From Eledone cirrhosa (lineage: Eukaryota), in NCBI GenBank assembly GCA_964016885.1, contig OZ024741.1:126542001-126606000 (forward strand): 64,000 bases of DNA, given 5' to 3'. Under the pieces are notes generated by a model. It saw nothing but the letters and a program-made list of their open reading frames with translations. It did not search any database and was not told the DNA's origin. Position 1 is the stretch's first letter. Every line of letters begins with the position of its first letter. Below, one piece after another: positions 1 through 10,902 of this stretch. The translations under genes were made by a program, and so were the position numbers.

Positions 1-1
1 C

Positions 2-1519
2 ATCATCCTCACCGCACGTAAAACCATCCTAGAGTTCAACAACGAATATTGGACCAGAGCCGATACCTCTAACAACTTCGACATCACAATGGGAGCATCC
101 GATTCATCCCAATTGACTGATTTAATTGGTATCTTCATTTTGAACTCTTTGAGTCGGAAAATTCCTCAACTTCGCGGTGGAATTTATCGTGACGATGGAC
201 TCTTTACTATCCTAAATTGCAATATAGTTAACCTTAATATTATTAAGAACAATATACGTAATCTCTTTAACCAACATAACCTAAAAATTGAATTTGATAA
301 TAGTATCAAACTAGCTAATTTCTTGGATGTATCTCTTAATCTTGACACTGGCCTATATTACCCTTACCATAAAAACAATGAGAACCTAAATTATGTTAAC
401 TTTAAATCTAACCATCCTACCAATATCAAGAATGCTATAGTTAATAATATTGGAAAAAGAATATCTAACATATCTTCTAATAAAAACATCTTTGATGCTA
501 ACTCCAATTACTATAATAACGTACTTTCTAAAGCCGGCTATCCAGATAAAATCAAATATAGTAAAGAAACAAATTCTAGAAAAACTTACAGTAGAATAAT
601 TAATCATGACCATTCCAATAATTTTAATAAAAGACCTAGATACAAAAACATAATCTGGTATAATGCTCCTTTCTCCATCTCTATTAATAACAATATTCCT
701 AAATTATTTTTTAGTGCCTTAAATAAATGCTTCCCTCCCTCACATATCTATAGTAAAATATTTAACAAACACACCATCAAATTTTCGTATTCTACATCCT
801 CCAATATTTCCAACATCATCTCTAAACACAACAATAAAATACTAAATACTAAATCTCTTCCTTCCAATATTGAATTTCATAATAACAGTAATAGTACTCC
901 CGACGTCATTGTAAACCCTAGGCTAACTTCTGTAAACCCAAATACAACGTCAAACACAACTTCGCTAAATGTTCATAATCCAACTCTAAATCAAGAAACT
1001 ATTATTCCTATTATTCCTATCGCAAACAACTTCTCCAATCCAATTCCTTCTATAGATAACACTAGGTCACTCATTAATAATCTCTCTAATTGCAACTGCC
1101 GCATTAAAAATAAATATCCTCTCAACAACCATTGTCTCGATAAAAACTTAATTTATGAATGTAAAATTATAACTAGCACCAATTCCTTCACTTATTTTGG
1201 CTTCACTTCCACCTCTTTTAAAGCTCGTCTCTATAATCATCATTCATCTTTCAAATACAAACTTAAAAGAACCAACACTGCTCTCTCAGAACTCATATGG
1301 TCCTTAAAAGACAAAAACATTAAATATACCATCTTTTGGAAGAAGGTTTCTTCTGCATCCTCATACTTGAACAGCTCTCTATCTAAAATCTGTAATCTCT
1401 GCCTAAATGAAAAATTTACCATTATCTCTAACCTAGATTCTATAATAAATAGACGTACAGATTTGTTTTCTATCTGCCTGCATAAATTCCATAGAACTGT
1501 TCACAAAGTATACAGTTAA
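2..1519 (+). CDS. Penelope-like element ORF (RT C-terminal part + GIY-YIG endonuclease), open from the window start (PLE-1)
   Basis: Frame is open from position 2 (IILTARKTILEF...FDITMGASDS); RT motif GGIYRDDGL; IIWYNAPFS, IFNKHTIKFSYS; CNCR..(Y)PL...C; GIY-YIG as LIY..YFG; C-terminal CNLCLNEK..IINRR..FSICLH. Confidence 0.92.
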   Translation: MILTARKTILEFNNEYWTRADTSNNFDITMGASDSSQLTDLIGIFILNSLSRKIPQLRGGIYRDDGLFTILNCNIVNLNIIKNNIRNLFNQHNLKIEFDNSIKLANFLDVSLNLDTGLYYPYHKNNENLNYVNFKSNHPTNIKNAIVNNIGKRISNISSNKNIFDANSNYYNNVLSKAGYPDKIKYSKETNSRKTYSRIINHDHSNNFNKRPRYKNIIWYNAPFSISINNNIPKLFFSALNKCFPPSHIYSKIFNKHTIKFSYSTSSNISNIISKHNNKILNTKSLPSNIEFHNNSNSTPDVIVNPRLTSVNPNTTSNTTSLNVHNPTLNQETIIPIIPIANNFSNPIPSIDNTRSLINNLSNCNCRIKNKYPLNNHCLDKNLIYECKIITSTNSFTYFGFTSTSFKARLYNHHSSFKYKLKRTNTALSELIWSLKDKNIKYTIFWKKVSSASSYLNSSLSKICNLCLNEKFTIISNLDSIINRRTDLFSICLHKFHRTVHKVYS

Positions 1520-2550
1520 TATTCAATTCTTTATCAATTTAGAATCTTTTCTCAAAGGCACATATACATACACCTCTTTAAAATATACCCATCTACCTTA
1601 CTTTAAAGGGCATTATACACTCTATAATACTTGTTTACTCATTACCCTCATTCTATCTCCACCTTGTAAAATCATAACATATACATTTGTTGTTTTGACG
1701 TTAGAATATTCATCCGCAATCATTATTATTTTTTCTCTCTATCATAAATCTTTTTAATCTCAATTTCATCCTTAATTTATTATTTTTTTCTCCCCATCAA
1801 CGAACTCATTATTAATACATATTAACTCTTTATTCGCATATATTATCAATTCCTTCAATATACAAACTTTAACTCCACATTATTTTTCTCAAATCCTTCT
1901 ACACACAAACCTTAATAATTTTTCTCTTCGTTAATTTTGAAATTGCCACAATATCTTATCAACATACATTTCTTTTTTTGACGTTAGAATATTCATCCAC
2001 AATTATTATTTTTTCTCTCTATCTTCATACATAAATTCCCTTCGTTAATTTTCAAATTCCTTTAATTTATACATTATCTTCCAACGGTTCCCAACCTCTC
2101 TATGTAAAACTGTATATCTTTTTCTCAGTTATAAAAACTATCTCTTTCTCTCTATCACCCATCTCTCCCTCTCCACCTTCACTCTCATCTCCTCCCCCTT
2201 TTTCATCCCTTCACCCCCTCCCTAAATAAAATATTTTTTCCTCACACATATCCTCCCTTCGTTAATTTTCAAAATTTTTTTTAATTTTTAATTTATACAT
2301 TATCTTCCGACGGTTTTCAACCTCTCTATGTAAAACAATATATCTCCTCTCAGTTATAAAAACTATCTCTTTCTCTCTATCACCCATCTCTCCCTCTCAT
2401 CTCCTTCCCTTTTTCGTCCTTTCCACCCCCCCCTCTCTAAATAAAATATTTTTCCCAATATCACACATCAATCTAAAACCACTTTTCATATGTTGATTTA
2501 AAACTGCACTATCCACAAGTGTTTTTTAGCCTTCATATCATGTTCTCCTG

Positions 2551-2618
2551 TTTTATCTGATGAAAACACAAATATTATTGCATGATGATGTTTGTTTTTG
2601 AAATGCGCATAATAAAAT
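2551..2618 (+). ncRNA. Type I minimal hammerhead ribozyme in PLE-1 pLTR
   Basis: TTTTAT-CTGATGA(2557)-helix II-GAAA(2600)-TGCGCA-TA-ATAAAA; palindromic helix III. Confidence 0.8.
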
Positions 2619-2649
2619 ACATGGAACTCCTTTAACCATCTTTTGATCT

Positions 2650-2686
<37 letters not shown>

Positions 2687-2905
2687 TTATATATATATAT
2701 ACATATATATATACATATACATATGTTATCTATATGTTTTTGACTGTTGTTTCATGTAAACAAACATTCGTCTCATTCTGATGTCACCAGACCGGTTTTT
2801 CCACCTGTGCGTTTTATTTTCATAATCACGCATGATGTTAAACTAGCCTGCATTTAAATTCCCTTTTTGGCATATTAATCAGTGAGAATTTGGCTATCGT
2901 GTTGA

Positions 2906-2988
2906 TCTCTGCTGATGATCGTATTCCAACCGTGACCATCTCCACTGAAAGTTTTCGTGAAATAGTCTTTTTCAAGACTATACAGAAC
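2906..2988 (+). ncRNA. Type I hammerhead, family A copy 1
   Basis: TCTG-CTGATGA...CGT-GAAA-TAGTCTT ttt c AAGACTA-TA-CAGA. Confidence 0.6.
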
Positions 2989-3547
2989 ATTTGCAGTTGT
3001 CCCAAATTGAAAGATGAGTATTTTCAACTTTATTTTATCATGAGTTAAGGCTCTATTAATTTTTCCCTGGATTTCACTAAATTTTGTTGGATAAATCTAT
3101 ATCCTGATTCTTTTTGAATTGAGTTTGAATTATTTTCCCACATCTTAGGGTAACTATTTTCCGATTTTGACGCTATAGTCACTTATATATTATGGAATAC
3201 TCTTGGCTTCTTGTTACAATACTTTCTATACCTTTCATTTATATATTTATACTCGGATTTCTTTCCTAGAGTGCTTACATTATTTGTGACTAATCCCGGT
3301 ATTAACACAAAAACAAAAAAAAAACGCGATAATATTGCTTTTTGCTGAACTCCTTATTGTAGAATTTTTTTTCGGAATGTTTTGACTGTTATTTCATGTA
3401 AACAAACATTCGTCTCATTCTAACGTCACCAGCCCTGTTTTTCCACATGTGCGTTTTATTTTCATAATCACGCATGATGTTAAACTAGCCTGCTTTTAAA
3501 TTCCCTTTTGGGCATATTAATCAGTGAGAATTTCGCTATCGTGTTGA

Positions 3548-3630
3548 GCTCTGCTGATGATCGTATTCCAACCGTGACCATCTCCACTGAAAGTTTTCGT
3601 GAAATAGTCTTTTTCAAGACTATACAGAGC
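3548..3630 (+). ncRNA. Type I hammerhead, family A copy 2
   Basis: Helix I GCTCTG/CAGAGC, CTGATGA, GAAA, helix III TAGTCTT/AAGACTA, cleavage triplet AUA; helix II is short. Confidence 0.7.
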
Positions 3631-3945
3631 ATTTGTAGTTGTCCCAAATTGAAAGATAAGTATTTTAAACTTTATTTTATCATGAGTTAAGGCTCTATTA
3701 ATTTTTCCCTGGATTTCACTAAATTCTGTTGGATAAATCTATATCCTGATTCTTTTTTGAATTGAGTTTGAATTATTTTCCCACATCTTACGTTAACTAT
3801 TTTCCTATTTTGACGTTATAGTCACTTATATATTATGGAATACTGTTGGCTTCTTGCTACAATACTTTCTATACATTTCAATTATATATATATATATACA
3901 TATATTACATATATATATACATATATTATGTATATATTATATATA

Positions 3946-3976
<31 letters not shown>

Positions 3977-4161
3977 CATAGATATATATATATATATATA
4001 CATATATATATCATATATATATATATATATATATATATGAATATAGACATAGAATATTCGAAAATATTCTGTATGTTTATAATAAACATTTTGAAGACCT
4101 AATCGCTATAGAATAGAATACGTCACGTATTACAATTAGATTCTCGATAAAAGCAAGGGAA

Positions 4162-4204
4162 GTAATCTACGCGTTTCATTCTCGTTAGAAATCATCAGGA
4201 CTAC
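4162..4204 (-). ncRNA. Minimal type I hammerhead, family B, minus strand (second copy 4472-4514)
   Basis: Reverse complement of the 5048-5090 motif. Confidence 0.85.
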
Positions 4205-5047
4205 ATATCCAGTGCTTTTATCGAGAATGACACAGCTAGAGACTTATAGAATACTTAGCTGTGTACAGGAACTGGTTTGAAAGAGCGGTTGCCGGTCCGG
4301 CAGAAATTAGAAATTGGAATAAATGCTCTGAAATAGCGATATATATGTGAATATAGACATAGAATATTCGAAAATATTCTGTATGTTTATAATAAACATT
4401 TTGAAGACCTAATCGCTATAGAATAGAATACGTCACGTATTACAATTAGATTCTCGATAAAAGCAAGGGAAGTAATCTACGCGTTTCATTCTCGTTAGAA
4501 ATCATCAGGACTACATATCCAGTGCTTTTATCGAGAATGACACAGCTAGAGACTTATAGAATACTTAGCTGTGTACAGGAACTGGTTTGAAAGAGCGGTT
4601 GCCGGTCCGGCAGAAATTAGAAATTGGAATAAATGCTCTGAAATAGCGATATATATGTGAATATAGACATAGAATATTCGAAAATATTCTGTATGTTTAT
4701 AATAAACATTTTGAAGACCTAATCGCTATAGAATAGAATACGTCACGTATTACAATTAGAGAATGAAACGCGTAGATTACTTCCCTTGCTTTTATTGAGA
4801 ATCTAATTGTAATACGTGACGTATTCTATTCTATAGCGATTAGGTCTTCAAAATGTTTATTATAAACATACAGAATATTTTCGAATATTCTATGTCTATA
4901 TTCACATATATATCGCTATTTCAGAGCATTTATTCCAATTTCTAATTTCTGCCGGACCGGCAACCGCTCTTTCAAACCAGTTCCTGTACACAGCTAAGTA
5001 TTCTATAAGTCTCTAGCTGTGTCATTCTCGATAAAAGCACTGGATAT

Positions 5048-5090
5048 GTAGTCCTGATGATTTCTAACGAGAATGAAACGCGTAGATTAC
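5048..5090 (+). ncRNA. Minimal type I hammerhead, family B (identical copies at 5358-5400, 5668-5710, 5978-6020)
   Basis: GTAGTC-CTGATGA-T TTCT aacg AGAA T-GAAA-CGCG-TA-GATTAC; helix I extended by a 16-bp IR ATTCTCGATAAAAGCA/TGCTTTTATCGAGAAT. Confidence 0.85.
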
Positions 5091-6277
5091 TTCCCTTGCT
5101 TTTATCGAGAATCTAATTGTAATACGTGACGTATTCTATTCTATAGCGATTAGGTCTTCAAAATGTTTATTATAAACATACAGAATATTTTCGAATATTC
5201 TATGTCTATATTCACATATATATCGCTATTTCAGAGCATTTATTCCAATTTCTAATTTCTGCCGGACCGGCAACCGCTCTTTCAAACCAGTTCCTGTACA
5301 CAGCTAAGTATTCTATAAGTCTCTAGCTGTGTCATTCTCGATAAAAGCACTGGATATGTAGTCCTGATGATTTCTAACGAGAATGAAACGCGTAGATTAC
5401 TTCCCTTGCTTTTATCGAGAATCTAATTGTAATACGTGACGTATTCTATTCTATAGCGATTAGGTCTTCAAAATGTTTATTATAAACATACAGAATATTT
5501 TCGAATATTCTATGTCTATATTCACATATATATCGCTATTTCAGAGCATTTATTCCAATTTCTAATTTCTGCCGGACCGGCAACCGCTCTTTCAAACCAG
5601 TTCCTGTACACAGCTAAGTATTCTATAAGTCTCTAGCTGTGTCATTCTCGATAAAAGCACTGGATATGTAGTCCTGATGATTTCTAACGAGAATGAAACG
5701 CGTAGATTACTTCCCTTGCTTTTATCGAGAATCTAATTGTAATACGTGACGTATTCTATTCTATAGCGATTAGGTCTTCAAAATGTTTATTATAAACATA
5801 CAGAATATTTTCGAATATTCTATGTCTATATTCACATATATATCGCTATTTCAGAGCATTTATTCCAATTTCTAATTTCTGCCGGACCGGCAACCGCTCT
5901 TTCAAACCAGTTCCTGTACACAGCTAAGTATTCTATAAGTCTCTAGCTGTGTCATTCTCGATAAAAGCACTGGATATGTAGTCCTGATGATTTCTAACGA
6001 GAATGAAACGCGTAGATTACTTCCCTTGCTTTTATCGAGAATCTAATTGTAATACGTGACGTATTCTATTCTATAGCGATTAGGTCTTCAAAATGTTTAT
6101 TATAAACATACAGAATATTTTCGAATATTCTATGTCTATATTCACATATATATCGCTATTTCAGAGCATTTATTCCAATATATATATATATATATATATT
6201 TATTTATATATATATTATATATATATATATTATATATATATATATTTATTTATATATATATTATATATATATACATA

Positions 6278-6328
<51 letters not shown>

Positions 6329-6429
6329 ATATTTATTTATATATATATTATATATATATATTATATATATATATTATATATATATACATATATATTATAT
6401 ATATATATATATACATATATACATATATA

Positions 6430-6990
6430 AAATCGCGATAATATTGCTATTTTGCTGAACTCCTTACATTTTGTACACTATTTTAGGAATGTTTTTTACT
6501 GCTGTTTCTTGTAAATAGACATTCGTCTCTTTCTGACGTCACCAGCCATGTCTCTCCATATGTGTTTCTTTTCATAATTACGCACGAGGTGAACTAGCCT
6601 GCTTTTAAATTCCCATTTTGGCATATTCTAGCAGTGCGACTAGGGTTATCGTGTTTGAGCTCTACTGATGAACGGTTCCAACCGTGACCATCCCCACTGA
6701 AAAGTTTCGTGAAATAGTCTTTTTAAGACAATATAGAGCATTTGTAGTTTTTCCAAATTGAAGGATGAGTATTGAAACTTTATTTTATCATGAGTTAAGG
6801 CTCTATTGGTTTCTCCCTGGATTTCACAAAATCCGTTGGATAAATATATGTCTTGATTTATTTTGAATTGAGTTTGAATTATTTTCCCACATCTTACGTT
6901 AATTATTTTCCATTTTGACGTTATAGTCACTTATATATTATGAAATACTGTTGGCTTCTTGCTCACAATAATTTCTATACTTTCATTTAT
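6430..6990 (+). repeat. Family A copy 3 (diverged) with HHR at 6659-6739
   Basis: Homologous to ~3325-3882; helix I GCTCTA/TAGAGC (compensatory vs GCTCTG/CAGAGC). Confidence 0.8.
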
Positions 6991-7013
6991 ACATATATTA
7001 TATATATATATAT

Positions 7014-7058
<45 letters not shown>

Positions 7059-7211
7059 TAAATATTATATATATATATATACATATATATTATATATATA
7101 TATATATACATATATATTATATATATATACATATATATTATATATATATATACATATATATTATATATATACATATATATTATATATATATATGTATATA
7201 TATTATATATA

Positions 7212-7291
<80 letters not shown>

Positions 7292-7292
<1 letters not shown>

Positions 7293-7699
7293 GCCCACTA
7301 AATGGACAATGCCTTGCATCCAATGTAGTATATAGGTGCACAGTTAAAACACCATCACGTACCACCTCCTATTTTGGCTCTACCTTCAACCCTTTTAAGG
7401 TACGCTATAACGCGCACGCATTTTCCTTCCGAGACCCTAGCAATAGATGTTCAACATCTCTAGCTAGGCTCATTAAAAACCTTAAATTAACTAACATTTA
7501 ACACTCATTAACATGGGATATCTTGGCTAGATCCCAAGCATTCAATGAACGAAGAAGCTCTTGTGATCTCTCTCTTACCGAGGCCTATTACATGACTCTA
7601 TCACGACCTCAACCGATTAACGATAGAAACGAGAAAACTATTAGCTATCAACATCGAAGGGCAAATTCCTTCGCCAACAGAATATTCGACCCAACATAG
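7292..7699 (+). pseudogene. 5'-truncated PLE GIY-YIG endonuclease fragment (one internal stop), not in the ORF track
   Basis: Manual translation CPLNGQCLASNVVYRCTV..SYFGSTFNPFKVRYNAH..STSLARLI..*..WDIL..CDLSLTE..INDRNE..QHR. Confidence 0.85.
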
Positions 7700-8091
7700 T
7701 CATGTAATCTCACTTTTACTTAGAGCTAACATGTTAAATATTTAACCCAGACTTGGATAATTATAAGTTACCTCCCCTACACCGTCTCTCACTTAGCTAT
7801 CAATCACCTACAATTTCTAAATTTTCAAGGAGTTACTTCCCTTGAAACCCGTTTCTAATTAGTAAGGTAAATTTCCTTAGGTGGCCATTTTGTTACGCAT
7901 AGGCAGATCTCGCTTAATACAGCCTCGACAGAAGAATAATGCTTGCCTATAGCAGACAATAGATAGACCCAGGACACCGTCGTGAAATACCAATATATGG
8001 AACATTACATTCATATAACCATCTTTCTTTACCTTACTTTATATTCCTTATTGCATCGTATCTTTATCAATATTTTCATTATCTCTTTTGA

Positions 8092-8215
8092 TGTTCTGAA
8101 GAGCCGCTCCATAATTTTTACCTAAGTTACTTATCTTCATATGAACCAGATCAATAATGGTCTATAATCATTTGATCCAGAAACATTATATGGAGTAGCG
8201 AAACAATTGTAAACG
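8092..8215 (+). ncRNA. Type I hammerhead with a long helix II insert, pLTR of the 7292 PLE fragment
   Basis: TGTT-CTGAAGA(8096)-GCCGCTCCATA...TATGGAGTAGC-GAAA-CAATTG-TA-AACG. Confidence 0.75.
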
Positions 8216-8305
8216 AATATTATTATTATTATTAATAATATACGTAAGATAAATTTCTATACTAAATCTATTAAACATACTATTATTTTGAAATTATAAC
8301 TTAAA

Positions 8306-8346
<41 letters not shown>

Positions 8347-8349
8347 TTA

Positions 8350-8540
8350 AGGGCGGTGGATTGGCAGTAACGGTAGAGGGTCGGGCGCCATGCTTTGACG
8401 TATAGAGTTACGGCCCTTGACATTCTGAGTTCAAATCCCGTCGAGGTTAACTTTGCCTTTCATCCTTATGGGGTTGATAAAATAAAGTACCAGTAATACA
8501 CAGGGTAATTGCTGGCCTTGTGCCAAAACTAGAAACAATT
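8350..8540 (+). mobile_element. tRNA-derived SINE (main young family)
   Basis: A box TGGCAGTAACGG, B box GAGTTCAAATCCC, body TTTGCCTTTCATCC..GATAAAATAAAGTACCAG, (ATT)n tail; many copies in the window. Confidence 0.85.
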
Positions 8541-8644
8541 ATTATTATTATTATTATTGTTATTGTTATTCCTTGAATCTCAGTCATTGATGTTGGTTAA
8601 CTGGAAAGTCCGTTGGATTGAATATCAAGCCACTACCTGCAGCC

Positions 8645-10069
8645 TCAGATATTCAGGACGTATCGGAGGGTTCTTGCTGTTCCAAGCAAGCATGCCTTTT
8701 GAAGCGTTCCAAAAAGCGTGAAGGGGCCGATTTTCTTTAACCATCCCTGGAAACTTTTGGAGATAGTCCCCAGTGCGCCTATGACAATCGAGATCACTTT
8801 GACTTCATGGCAGTTCCAAATCCTTTTCACCTCCCACTTTAGGTCCTGGTATCGGTTAATTTTCTCCCTCTCCTTCTCTTGCACTCTCGTGTCGAACGGG
8901 CAGGCCACATCCACAATCAGGCACGATCTTTTTTCTTTGTCCACAACCACCAGGTCAGGTCTATTGTGTTCCAGTTTTTTGTCCGTCTGTATCCTAAAAT
9001 CCCACAGCACCTTCACCTGATTGTTCTCCATCACCGCCTCTGGCCTATGCTCATACCATTTCTCAGAATGTGGTAAATTGTTTACTTTGCACAGGTGCCA
9101 GTGGATCACCCTGCCCATCACATCGTGTCTCCAGCCCTTATAGTGGGTCTGGGCTAGGTGTTTACACTCGGATACAATGTGAGCCACAGTCTCCTCTCTC
9201 TCTCCACAGATCCTGCACAGTGGGCTAGCCTCCTCCTTGTAGATATGGTGCTTCAACCACTTCGTTTTGAGGGCCTGCTCCTGCGCAGCCATTAGCATTC
9301 CTTCTGTAGCCTTTTTGAGGTCTCCTCTTCTCAACCAGTTCCATGTCTGTGGATCTCTAAATTCAGTTTTCTCAAAGAAGGTACTATGAAGGGATTTTCC
9401 CTTAAGGCTGCTCTTCCTCCTTGATGTTATTTCCTCCTTGGACATCCCCTGGCCTACTGTCCCCTCCTTCAGTACAGTTCTGAGCATTGGCTCCTTACTA
9501 TAGGTCACGTATTTGTATAGGTTGTTTTTCTCCATCTGAACACAGTCCTCTATGCTGATAAGACCTCTTCCACCCTCAGATCTCCTTAGGTAGAGTCTAT
9601 CGACATCACTCCTCTTGTGGAACATGTTGTAGATAGTCAATAGCTTCCTAGTCTTCCTATCCATTTCTTTTTGTTCAGCAACATTCCATCTCAGAATTCC
9701 CGCACTGTACCTAATAATAGACACAGCTCGGGAATTTACTGCGCTTATGGCATTTCTGCTGTTCAGATGTGACTTCAATACGCTCCTTACTCTCCGAATG
9801 TATTCAGTTCTTAACAATTCCTTCATTTTTTTGTTCTTTATGCCATCAGCCTCCAGAACGCCCAAATACTTGTATCCTTCCTCAGAGTCAATTTCCTTTA
9901 TCATCTCACCTGTTGGTATCTGGATCCCGTTACTTCTGCTCAACCTGCCCCTCTTCATCACAATGACTCCACATTTACCAATACATATATCACTGCTGAA
10001 AATACGGACAGTGTCAACAAGCACATCCAACTCCTTCTCACTTTTCCCGAAGAGCTTAAGATCGTCCAT
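8645..10069 (-). CDS. RT C-terminus + CCHC zinc knuckle + restriction-like endonuclease
   Basis: (HLLF)MDDLKL, YKYLG, RLYLRRSEGGRGL, AAQEQAL, CRICGEREETVAHIVSEC, RHD, RPDLVVVD..IVDVACP, EKINRY; apparent short in-frame deletion near SSDICIGKC. Confidence 0.9.
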   Translation of the reverse strand: MDDLKLFGKSEKELDVLVDTVRIFSSDICIGKCGVIVMKRGRLSRSNGIQIPTGEMIKEIDSEEGYKYLGVLEADGIKNKKMKELLRTEYIRRVRSVLKSHLNSRNAISAVNSRAVSIIRYSAGILRWNVAEQKEMDRKTRKLLTIYNMFHKRSDVDRLYLRRSEGGRGLISIEDCVQMEKNNLYKYVTYSKEPMLRTVLKEGTVGQGMSKEEITSRRKSSLKGKSLHSTFFEKTEFRDPQTWNWLRRGDLKKATEGMLMAAQEQALKTKWLKHHIYKEEASPLCRICGEREETVAHIVSECKHLAQTHYKGWRHDVMGRVIHWHLCKVNNLPHSEKWYEHRPEAVMENNQVKVLWDFRIQTDKKLEHNRPDLVVVDKEKRSCLIVDVACPFDTRVQEKEREKINRYQDLKWEVKRIWNCHEVKVISIVIGALGTISKSFQGWLKKIGPFTLFGTLQKACLLGTARTLRYVLNI

Positions 10070-10080
10070 GAAGAGGAGGT

Positions 10081-10147
10081 GATTGATGGTAAGCTCTCCC
10101 CTTGATTGATGGTAAGCTCTCCCCTTGATTGATGGTAAGCTCTCCCC

Positions 10148-10148
<1 letters not shown>
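10081..10148. repeat. 23-bp triplication at the 5' truncation point of the Dong-like element
   Basis: GATTGATGGTAAGCTCTCCCCTT x3. Confidence 0.95.
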
Positions 10149-10227
<79 letters not shown>

Positions 10228-10345
10228 CTTACATTAAACTATAATTACACTCCTTATTCCTTACATTAAACTGCAACTATGTTGACACTCTTTAAATAAT
10301 GTTTTCCTTGTGAAATTTGTGGTCTTGTTTTGCTTAACTAATGAA

Positions 10346-10403
<58 letters not shown>

Positions 10404-10531
10404 AAAGTTCTATTTAAATTGTTGGGATACAACAAGCAAATATTTTTATGACTGATATAAAGCACTCAACAAGTATTTGGAGTAAACACACGATATTACC
10501 AAATGGAAACTATATTTATAAAACCATATTT

Positions 10532-10594
10532 ATTTCATTATACATATTTCAAGGACACCACGTTAAATTATGGTGTGCTTTCATCAGACAAAAT
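10532..10594 (-). ncRNA. Hammerhead in the inverted pLTR of PLE-2
   Basis: Reverse complement reads TTTTGT-CTGATGA-AAGCACACCAT..GTGGTGTCCTT-GAAA-TATGTA-TA-ATGAAA. Confidence 0.75.
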
Positions 10595-10902
10595 ATAATA
10601 TAGATCAGTTTTATAAATAAATATTGACATACCCTTAAAAAATGCAACCATTACTGTTGGAAGCTCCCGGATAGTGGAGTTGTTTACTTATATTAATATT
10701 AGTATTGGATATTTTTATTTTTAAAAATAAGCCGTTGGGTTACAGAGAAAGAAAAAGAAGGAGAGAGAGAAAAAGAAAGAAAAAAAGAAAAAAGAGAGAA
10801 AGGAGAGAGAGAAAAAGAAAGAAAAAAAGAAAAAAGAGAGAAAGGAGAGAGAGAGATACCAAAACAACAGAGAGAGAGAGAAAGATATATAGAGAGAGAA
10901 GA

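Larger units (their letters stand above)
1..2652 (+). mobile_element. PLE-1 including 3' UTR/pseudo-LTR, ending in (TA)n
   Basis: ORF followed by a pyrimidine-rich 3' region with internal duplications (~2035-2240 vs ~2255-2455; ~1680-1745 vs ~1962-2022), an HHR motif, then (TA)n. Confidence 0.85.
2735..3882 (+). repeat. Tandem ~642-bp HHR-bearing repeat (family A), copies 1-2
   Basis: Near-identical blocks; CTGATGA at 2912 and 3554 (period 642). Confidence 0.85.
4039..6179. repeat. 310-bp tandem array with an internal inversion, one HHR per unit (family B, retrozyme-like)
   Basis: ~2.3 minus-strand units (4039-4760) then ~4.6 plus-strand units (4759-6179); unit markers at 4761, 5071, 5381, 5691, 6001; flanked by (TA)n. 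Confidence 0.95.
8571..10148 (-). mobile_element. 5'-truncated R4/Dong-like non-LTR retrotransposon (RLE type) inserted in (TAA)n
   Basis: ORF plus short 3' UTR; (TAT)n on both sides (~8540-8570 and 10149-10226). Confidence 0.85.

Noticed and set aside
4039-6179. CRISPR-like array interpretation of the tandem repeats (also 29713-31205 and 51778-52268)
   Set aside because: Units are wholly identical with no unique spacers, there are no cas genes and the context is eukaryotic
6646-6930. 94-aa minus-strand ORF in family A copy 3
   Set aside because: The frame is broken in copies 1 and 2 and has no recognisable motif
8350-8445. tRNA gene
   Set aside because: The A/B boxes belong to a SINE head; no full cloverleaf, and the sequence continues into the SINE body
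8718-10082. Plus-strand ORFs overlapping the Dong-like element (and those overlapping the Helitron at 19055-19905)
   Set aside because: They are antisense shadows of the real minus-strand coding sequence
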